DNA from: Coniocarpon cinnabarinum
Lineage: Eukaryota
Length of the DNA stretch: 20,000 bases
Assembly: GCA_051942205.1 (NCBI GenBank)
Contig: JAVECO010000112.1
Location: 56,796 to 76,795, forward strand
Reading direction: 5' to 3'
Part shown: positions 10,770 to 20,000 of the stretch, piece after piece
Numbering within the stretch: the stretch's first letter is position 1
Layout of the letters: the number at the start of each line of letters is the position of its first letter
Program-made: the position numbers and the translations under genes
The notes under the pieces: generated by a model
Database searches by the model: none
Seen by the model: only the letters and a program-made list of their open reading frames with translations
What the model was told of the DNA's origin: nothing

Positions 10770-13700
10770 AATAATAATATAGCAATAAATTTAATTAAGG
10801 TATATATTATAAGTAAGAAAAGATAAAGAAATATAAAGAATTAATCTTACTACTATTATTACTTGTTTTTTATTAAAAGCTTAAGAAGTCTAGAACTAAA
10901 ACCTTTAAGATTCTTTTAAATCTTTTAAATTTTTAAAATTTTAATATTCTAAAGATTTTACTACTACTATTAATAATAGCTAATTAATCTTTTATTTACT
11001 TAAATTACTATCTAAATATAGTATAGTAAACTTTTAATAATATAGTATAGTAGTATAATATTATAAAGCTACTATTTATAGTATATATAGCTCTTTAAAT
11101 TATTTAGACTAGTTAAATATAATTCTCTAGTATATATCTTTTTTTTTAATACTATCTAAAGATTTTTAACTAGGTTTAAATCTAGTAATAATAATAGCTA
11201 CTTAATTTAAAATATATTACGCTTATATATTAACTATACTATAGATAAATAAAAAGATATATTATTTTATATTGTAATATAGTACTTATTATATAATATA
11301 GTTACTTTAAGAAAAAATATAAAGTAGTAAATTAATAGAAAAGCTACTTTATTTACTATACTACTTATCTACTTATTATAAAAATTAGTAAATAATAGTA
11401 TTATATACTTATAATAGGTTACTCTAGTAATTAATTTTTAGCGTTTTTTTAATAAAAAAAAAATTCTTTTACTATACTAATAAAGTACACTTAAATTATT
11501 ATAAAAAAAATATTATTAAATATTAAAGTAAGGTATTTAAAGAAGTTAGCCTTTTTTACTTTATATATTATAAAAAGCTATTAAAAAGTATTAAAGTAAA
11601 AAAAGAAGTACTTATTTAATTAAATAATATTATACTAGTTTTCTATATCTATACTTTAGTATATAAGAGTAAAATTAAGATACTACTACTTTTACTACTT
11701 AGTATACTATAAATAATAAGCTACTATATAGTAAAAGTATCTTTTTTTATATAAAGTATAAATAATTATTAATAAGTATATAAATAATTAAAAATAATAA
11801 CTAAACTCTTTATATATTATTTTTTAAGTAAAAGCACTACTAGTTTAAATAAAATTAATAATATAGTTATATATAAAAGTATTAATAATTTAAATATAGT
11901 AACTAGACCTTACTATTAATAGCTAGTAAAGAATATTTTATACTATCTTATAATAAAGCTTATAAAAAGTAGTAATATAAGCAACTAACTACTTTATATA
12001 CTTCTTTAAGAAGTTAAGTATATAATATAGTAGATAAGAAACCTTAATATAAATAGGTGTAAAAGATAGAAAAGTAATAAAAAAGTTATTAGATAACTAA
12101 GATAATTAAAAATTATCTATTTTAGTAATACTAAAGATAAATAAATCTAAAGATTTAATATTAACTAGATTATAAGAAATATAGAGTAAAGGTATATAGT
12201 AGCGTAGAGATAGTAGTAAGATTAGTAGCTCTTTAAAAGTAAGAGAAGAAGTAGTAAAAGTACTTAGAAAGAAAAGCGTAAAAGTAAATAATACTATTAT
12301 ATTTAAAGATATTTAATAATAATATTAATATTACTATAGACCTTCTTTATTCTTTTAAATTCTCTTTTTATTACCACTATTTTCTAGATTAACTTTTACT
12401 TTACTAATAAGCGCTTAGAATTAATTTAACTATATCTATATAAGCTACTATATCTTCTACTTACTAATAAAGACTAAGAATTAATTTAGAGTAGTAGAAA
12501 GTTACTCTATAATAGTTTAAAAGATTTAGACTATATAATAAATAAGTATAACCTTTTTATTAGTAGAAAATAGAGAAGAACTTATTTTTTTATAATTTTA
12601 GTACTTTTAAAGAACGCTTTTAGTATAAGAGAGTAAAATAAGACTAAAAAAAACTACTAAATACTAAAACTCTTAAAGAATTATATAGCTTTAGAGAATA
12701 ATTAAATAGAATTAATAGCTACTATAAGAAGTACTATAAAAATTACTTAAAGTTAGCTTAACTAAGAAGTCTTAATAGGATTTTTTTAAGACTACTATTT
12801 TAGATAATTAATATAGCGTATATACCTTATAGTAGCTTATATATAGTGCTTATCTTTATAGTATCTAAATTTATAGTATATAATATAGTCTATTCCCTTT
12901 CTAGCTTAGTAACTAACTAAAGAATTAATAGCCTACTAGTATATATATATCTTATAGTATATTTAATCTTAGGCCTCTTAGATACTTATATACTAGTCTT
13001 TCTTTAGAGAACTACATATAGAGCATTTAAGCGCTAATAGTAGGCTTAGTATATATTATTAGATTTTTATATAGAAACGCTTTATAAATATTTCTAAATC
13101 TTTATAATTATAATATTAATTTTTTTAAAAAAGTAGCTAATTAGAATATATATATTAATATCTAAGAATATTTTTTATATTTTATTAATAGCTACTCTAT
13201 ATTAAAAGTAGCTTTTTTAAGGCTTTAATATCTTATAACTTATAATAATATTATATACTACTTCTATATACTATATAATATTCTTTAGAAAGATTTATAG
13301 TAGAGCTTTTATCTTATATATCTAGTAGTATAGATACTAAGTTTTAATAATATATTTTTTAAAAATTTAGTATAGTATAGTAAGTATAGTATACATATAG
13401 TTATATAACTATTTTCTAAACTTTACTATTATAGTATAAAAAGTATATATAAATAATATTAAAAGCTGTATTTATTATAATATACTAGTAGTATAGCCTT
13501 AAACATTAGATAAAGAACTTAGTATTTAGATTATAACTTATAATCTAGGTTACGTATATATATATAACTATAAAACTAAGATTACTTAGATTACTATAAT
13601 TATAGTAAGTTAGTAGCTTAGATTACTGTAATTACTACTACTATTTATAAATTATATAAATCTAATAATAAATTATTTTTTACTTAACTTAATTTTTTAA

Positions 13701-14485
13701 GTTAAGTAATATATTTTATACTTTTTTACTAGTATTAGACCTTACTTTTATTAAAGACTATAGCTTTTATTTAAAAACTCTTTTTTATATATTATAAATA
13801 TATTTAAGCTAAGTCTAAAAATTATAGTTTTAAATATTACTTAAAAAACTTATAATAGTATCTTTAAATTATAATTTATTATTTTTACTAATTTAATATT
13901 AATTTTTTATTATATTTTACTATTCTTATTAGCTAAAAAACTAATTTATATAAAAAACTACTATTTTATTATTATAATTTAAAAGTATTATACTTTTAAC
14001 TAATTTTATATACTAGTCTAAATAGCTACTAAGATATATTTTAAATAAATACTATTTTATAACTCTTAGAAAGTAGAGAAGAAAGAAAGAAAGAAAGACA
14101 CTAGGCCTATCTAGGCCTAGTCTAGAATACCTAAGCACCCTAGAAAGACTAATCTATAAAGAGAATTACTTAATTACTTTATATAAGATATATATAATAA
14201 AAAAAAAGACCTCTTAATATATTTTTTAAATCTTATCTTTTTTCTAGCTATTAGAAAATTCTTAAGCTTATTAAACTTAATAAATTATATAATAATTATA
14301 GTAGAAAGTTTAATATTTAATAAACTAGGTAAAAACTTACTTAATAGTTAAACTTACTTAAACTTACTTAACTTTATATTTTTTTAGTTTATAACTATTA
14401 GATTAGTTCTAAATTTAAAATATTTAGATAAAATAGTAATTCTACTTTAGATTAATAGAAGTATATTTAAAAATTATCTAAAAGG
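10770..14485. mobile_element. Unclassified RIP-degenerated repeat(s) flanking the Copia element
   Basis: Same RIP composition; no transposase, RT or recombinase motif could be confidently reconstructed. Internal short tandems at ~10900-10945, 14076-14098 (GAAA)n and ~14332-14368 (AAACTTACTT-like x3). Confidence 0.5.
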
Positions 14486-14705
14486 TATTAGAGTTATATC
14501 TAGAGATTAGAAATAACTTTAACCTCTATCTAGTAGGTTTTTAAGCCTTTAGTTAACCTATTTACTTTAAGTCTTATATAAGTTATTTTAGTATACTATA
14601 AATAGTATATTAGTTATATTTATAGTCTAGTAGACTATTTCTATCTAATAGAAGAGGTTCTCTATAATAGAGGGGTCTAGAAGGTTAGTTAATTATATTT
14701 TAATA
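14486..14705 (-). repeat. Putative 3' LTR (~220 bp) of the Copia element, with adjacent polypurine tract (~14706-14714)
   Basis: On the minus strand AAGAAGAGT (PPT) follows the end of RNase H and precedes TATTA (RIP form of TGTTG). The other end reads TATTAG at 14486 on plus, an inverted terminus. No second copy is available in the window, so the left boundary is tentative. Confidence 0.6.
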
Positions 14706-17700
14706 ACTCTTCTTAATTAACTAGTCTTTTTTAGCTCTTTAGAAGACTAATAGCCTTTCTAAAAGCTATAAGCTTTTTATAGTTAATTAGTTTAGTTAAT
14801 CTATTAGCTAATTAATTTTTAGTTAGTATAAAAAGTAGATTAGTCTAGCTAGATTAGATATTTTCCTAGGTATAGTAGTATTAAATATTAATATACTTTA
14901 ATTAATATTAAAAGATTAGATTTTTAGCTAATTTTTTTACTAAATTACTATCTATATAAAGATGTTTAACCTTAATATTTAGTATAAAATTCTATAATTT
15001 AGTTATAATTAACTAAATAAAAGCCTATTCTTTTATAGCTTCTTTTAAAGCTATATATTTAGCTTTGTAAAAGCTTAAAGCTACTATTTTTTATAGTTTT
15101 AAATTCTAGCTTAAGACTCTATTTCTAAGAGTATAAAAAAAGCTAGTAGTTAATCTTCTAGTTCTAATATCCTTCCCCTAATTAGTATCTATAAAGCTAG
15201 TTATACTAGTTATAAAAAAGATTTATAGAAGAGGGCTAGGTTAATAGTATTAGCTAGGTGTTTCTATAGCTTTTCTAGAAGGTCCTAGTATTTCTAGCTT
15301 AGATTTAATATATATCTTACTAATAGACTAGTTATAAAAGTAATATTTAGCCTAGTTTTAGTAGTAAGATATAAAATTAACCCTATTTTTTACTAGAATT
15401 ATAAAATATTAATAGATTTAGCTTAATCTAGATTAGAGCCTACTTTTAGCTTTATAGGTTAAGATATTTTATTATCTTTTATTAATTTTTAGATAAATTT
15501 TACTAAAATTTTAGCTATATATTTAGATTAATCTAATTAAATAGATCTATTCTTTTTATTCTAAGTTATATAAATACCTAGAAAATTATTAGCTTCTTTT
15601 AGATTTTTTATAGTTAGGGTATAGTTTAATTCTAGGTATAACTATTTTATTATATTAATATTTTTAGTAATAACTAGTATATTATTAATATAAGTAATAA
15701 AAATTACTATATTCTTTTCTTTCTATATATAGACTAATTAATCTATTTTTAAAAAAATAAAATCTAGTTTTTTAACTAGATTTTATAGGTATTACTTTTA
15801 CTACTTTCTAGCTTATTTTAAGTTATATAGAACCTTTAAAACCTTATAAACTTAGCTAGTACTATTCATTAAACTAGTAGGCTATTTAATATAGATAATT
15901 TTATTTAAATTTATATTAGAATAAGCTAATTTAATATTCTATTACTATATTTTTTAGTCTTTTTTAGCTACTAGGTATAAAATAAGCCTATAAGTAATAG
16001 AATTAATTATATTTATAAAGGTTTTATTAAAATTAAGGCCTAGATACTATTAATAATCTTTAGTTATCTACTTAGCTTTAAAAATAGGTTCTTTAAATAG
16101 TAGAAACTTAATTTTTAGTATCTACTAGCCTTTTAGAGTCTTTTTACTAAGTAGTAGGTTAGTTAAAATTTAGGTTTTTTAGTTTTTTAATTTTTTTACC
16201 TTAAATTTTATTACCTTTAACTATTTAGACTAATTTTTAGAGAATTTTATTTTTTCTAAGGTTATTAGTTTTTTTTCTATACTTATTAATATATTCTTAG
16301 TATAATTATCTAGATCTTTATAAAAATCTTAAAACTATTACTCTTTAGAGTTATTATAGTCTATAATTTTATTCTAATCTAGAATATTAGAGTTATTAGA
16401 CTCTAATATATCTTCTAAAACTTAATCTTTTTAATTTTTATTTTTTAGAAGCCTTTTAAATAGGGTATTTTACTTATTTACTTCTTCTTATTATAAAAAG
16501 ACCCCTTCTATAGAAAGATCCTTTTTTTATATAAAAAGGTTCTTTTCTAGGTTTTCTATAAAAGTTTATTTCTTTATTAAAAGATCTTTTTTTAGATAAA
16601 TTCTTTATAGATCTTCTTCTAGAATTAGTTTTTCTAAAGGCTTTATAAAAATACTAGAAGTAATTTAATTTATCTTTTTTTTATAAAGTATATTCTTCTT
16701 TTATTTTTTTAAATTCTAAGTAAATTTATCTTCTAAAATTAGTATATTTCTTTTTTAGATAATTTTTTAATTTTCTAGGTTTAGTAGCTTATACTAGTTA
16801 GATCTATAGTCTACTAGAATATATCAGGTTATTCTAGAGTCTAGTTTTTTAGAATTAGAATCTTAAAGATAGGTAATTAACTTTTATATTTAAATATTAC
16901 TAATATCTAGTTTTTTTACTATTTTTAGCTTTAAAAAAGATAATAAATCTAGGTAAATTTATATAAAGAGACCTATTATATAGATAGATAGCTACCTTTA
17001 AGGTCTTTTTCTAATATATTCTTAGTAAGCTAGCTATATATAATATAGCTTAGACTTTTAAGATAATTATCTAGTTAAATTACTCTAAAATACTATTTTA
17101 GGCTAGTATATAAGGTATTAAAGTAGTTAAAATAACTTCTTTTTTTTAAAAAGCTTTTAATTAGGCCTTCTTAGTATTTTTTAGTATTATTAGTATATAA
17201 TCGCTTAAATAGGTATCTAGACTATCTTTTTTTTTAAGTAATATAGTCTTTTAATATAAAAAAGACCTAGTTTTTATTTTTTAGTACTTTTATAATAGCT
17301 AGCTAGGTTAAATTATTTAAAAAGCTAATAAATAAGTAGTATTTAGATAGTATTTAGGGTATAATTAGCTTATAGATATCTAAGTATACTTTTTTTTAAA
17401 TATTTTACTATTTTTTTTAGGGTTTCTTAGCTAATTTTAGCTATTATTTTACTCTTATAGTATATTTTATAATTATTCCTACTATTATTTAAAGTATTAT
17501 ACTCTTTAGCTACTTTTTTTAGCTATTTTAAAGCTTTTTTTTTAATATAACCTATTCTTTAGTACTATATATTAGTTTTTAAAAATAAGAAGTAGTAGAA
17601 AATATTTAGTTTATCTTTAAACTTTACTTTTAATAATATAAGACTATTAATATATCTTTCTATTATTTCTTTCTCTCTAAGCTAGTAAGAATAAAGCTTT

Positions 17701-19080
17701 TTAATATCTAAAGTAATTTTTATCTTTTTTAATCTTAGTTTATTATAAGATAGAAGGTTTATACTAAAATTTAGAATAAAGAGGACCTTTATTAGTATAA
17801 CTATATAGTTTCTAAAGACTAATTAGATATTTCTAGTCTTAGTAACTTAGATAGACTTTTAATCTTTCTATTAAATAACTTAATTAATTAGTTAAATAAT
17901 AGTTAATAATTTAAAATTACTATAAATATAGGTAGTAGAGCTAATATCTAAAATTTAAGAATTTTAACTAAAGGTTTTAATATTTTAACTATCTTTAAAG
18001 ATCTTAAAAATATAGGTATCTTTATCTAGATTAAAATTTTCTAGTTATTATTCCTATCTATAATTAAACTCTATATTTATTCTACTATTAAAATAGTTAG
18101 TAATTTTTAGATCTTTTTTTAGTAAAAAATAGTTATTATTCTATAGAGACTATTAAGAGGTAAAACCTAGATAATTAGACTAGTAAGCTAGTAGAATTTT
18201 TTTTATATTATAAAGCCTTTTAACTAGTAAATTTAAAACTAGTTAAAAAAATCTTTATATCTTCTAATTAGCTTAGGTTACTAGATATAACTTCTTTTTT
18301 TAGTTTAGTAAAATCTTCTTTTAAACTATCTTTTTAGTTAGTTTTAATTAAATATATTAGAAGCTTAGTCTTTTCTTTCTTCTTTTTTTTTTTTTAGAAG
18401 AATAAAGATTTAGGTTTTTTATCTAGTATTTTTTAATCTTATATTCTAGTTTATAGTAAAATCTATATTTTTTAGTCTTTTTTTTAGTCTTTTTAGCTAA
18501 AAGGGTTTATTTAGAGGCTTAATAAACTAAGTTTTTATTTTTAATTCTTCTAGATTTATTAAAAAGCTAACTAAAAAGCTTCTATAGATTAATTTTCTTA
18601 GTACTCTATTAATAGAATTAGCTATTTATAGCTACTATATACTTAAAATCTAGAGTTAAATTATAAAAAATATAAGCTATAATAACCTTATTAGGTAAAG
18701 CTAGATTTTAACTAGCTAGATTATTTATTAATTACTTAATTTTTACTAGATAAGCTTCTAAATTTTTAGATTTACTAAGAAAAGTATTAAAAAGCTTCTA
18801 ATAAATTAAAAACTTAGAGCTAAATCTCTTAGCTTTATATAGACCTTTTAGCTAGTTCTAAAGCTCTAAAGAATTATTATCTTTTTTAGTTTAAATAAGA
18901 AGGCTATCTTTTAAGGTTAGGTATATAATTATAGCTACTTTTTTTAATTTTTTAACTTAAGAAAGGTTATTAATATCTACTATCTTCTTAGTAGGCTTTA
19001 TAATATTACTATACTCTTTTTTAGTTAAAAGAGCTTTTAGCTATATAAGAATTATAACCTATAAGCTATTATTACTACTA
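14486..19080 (-). mobile_element. Ty1/Copia LTR retrotransposon, RIP-inactivated, lacking its 5' LTR
   Basis: De-RIPped minus-strand motifs in Copia order: gag LWNQLKGLYEAKGFSSEFL (~18800-18870); knuckle CRFCHKPGHKIEEC (18467-18426); protease WILDTGSTTHIC (from 17957); WHQRMGH..CEIC (~17570-17460); integrase HSDICGP, KRLHTDNAKEY (17206-17174), PYTPAQNGISERFNR (17115-17071); RT LYGLKQA (15830-15810), YVDD (15692-15681), FLGI, IGSILYLATKTRPDIAF; RNase H FTDADWG (~15195-15175), ALSSCEAEY, KHIDIRYH, ADGLTKP (~14800). Confidence 0.93.
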
Positions 19081-20000
19081 GCTAAGGACGGCCTAACTAT
19101 AAAGAATGTTGTATAGAGAAGAGAAAAGCTTCTTTACAACAAATCTATCTTAAATAATTATATGCTAAGCCTTTAGGGTTATATACCCTAGCTAGTTATA
19201 TATATAATAGTAGTTATATAACTTATTTATCCTAGCTCTAGATTCTAATATTACTTCTTCTTTTTCTAGCTTTTATCTTAAAAGTAGTCTTTATAAAGGT
19301 AACTATCTTATATTATAATAGAAGAGCTATCTTATAAGCTTAAGAGGGTTACTATTATAATATATAAGGCTAGAATATTATATAAAGCTTAATTAAGATA
19401 ATAGTAGGTTAAGGGCTTATCTATTAGTTAAAGGCTTATTTATTAATTAAGAGTTTTTTTTCTTACTAAAGTACTAAGACTTAGTCTTAATTTTTATCTT
19501 TTATATATTATAGTACTAAGAAGGCTACTAGCGTAGTATTAGGTTAATAGTAGCTAAAAAGGCTTCTTAGTTAGTTTATAGGTATTTATTTTTAAGGCCT
19601 TAGTCTTTATCTATTCTTAAGGTCTTATCCTAGTCTTAGAGTTTTATAGTCTTAGGTCTTAAGGTCTTAGATCTTAAGGTCTTAGGTCTTAGAATCTTTA
19701 TAAAGGTTACTATCTTATAGTTACTTAAGCTAAGGTAGTAGTATTACTAACTAGGTATATACTATAAAGAACTAAACTAAAATAAGTAGTATACGCTTAC
19801 TTAAAGTAATATAGAAACTATCTTATAAACTACTTAGAACTAGAATATTATATAAAGAGATAACTAGATAAGATTAAAGGCTTAATAGTACTAGAGACTT
19901 AATAGTACTAAAGACTTAATAGTACTAGAGACTTAATAATAACTTAGCTAAAGACTTAAGTATAGTTTTTAATATATATACTAGTACTATAAGAACTAAG
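19081..20000. mobile_element. Different repeat (LTR-like or UTR-like) interrupting the Copia 5' end
   Basis: The gag reading is lost near 19080. A less mutated junction (GGACGGCC, TGTTG at 19107) follows, with no visible similarity to the 14486-14705 LTR, a 25-bp direct repeat (19288-19312 / 19695-19719) and tandem arrays. Confidence 0.5.
19881..19938 (+). repeat. 17-bp tandem repeat CTTAATAGTACTA(G/A)AGA, ~3.4 copies
   Basis: Units start at 19881, 19898, 19915 and 19932 (partial). Confidence 0.9.

Larger units (their letters stand above)
10770..20000. repeat. AT-rich, RIP-degenerated repeat block (continues beyond the window)
   Basis: Abrupt drop in GC, near absence of CpA/TpG, very high TpA/TAG/TAA frequency, and no ORF in the supplied track over more than 9 kb. 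Confidence 0.95.

Noticed and set aside
12684..12720. TAT AGC TTT AGA (YSFR) as a tyrosine recombinase catalytic motif; CCTCTTAAT at ~14210 as a DDE QPLD motif
   Set aside because: Flanking residues do not reconstruct to the expected motifs; too short to distinguish from chance.
15160..15182. TCCTTCCCCTA as a polypurine tract next to an LTR
   Set aside because: Lies within the RNase H DADWG-D codons; flanking sequence does not match 19107-19250.
19881..19938. CRISPR-like array
   Set aside because: Head-to-tail tandem with no spacers, in a eukaryotic context.
10770..20000. Mitochondrial insertion (NUMT) or contaminant as the source of the AT-rich DNA
   Set aside because: Specific CpA/TpG loss and recoverable Copia motifs indicate RIPped nuclear repeats.

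Overview
Filamentous ascomycete genomic DNA with a sharp two-compartment structure. Bases 1 to ~10,770 are GC-balanced and carry four intron-containing genes that splice into open frames by hand: a small IFI6/IFI27(ISG12)-like membrane protein (+; start codon split by an intron, plus a GC-AG intron), a Pth11/SAT4-like fungal rhodopsin-domain membrane protein (+), a membrane-anchored SGNH/GDSL esterase of CE16 type (-), and a strongly divergent ferroportin (SLC40/FPN1)-like transporter (-). From ~10,770 to the end the DNA is extremely AT-rich, TpA-rich and almost devoid of CpA/TpG, the signature of repeat-induced point mutation (RIP). Reversing C>T/G>A changes reveals a Ty1/Copia LTR retrotransposon on the minus strand (~14,486-19,080: gag, zinc knuckle, protease, integrase, RT, RNase H, PPT, 3' LTR) whose 5' end is replaced by a different repeat. 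The 10,770-14,485 block is an unclassified RIP relic preceded by an unmutated TTAC-containing junction that may be the end of a large mobile element. All family calls come from motif recognition by eye; no searches were run.
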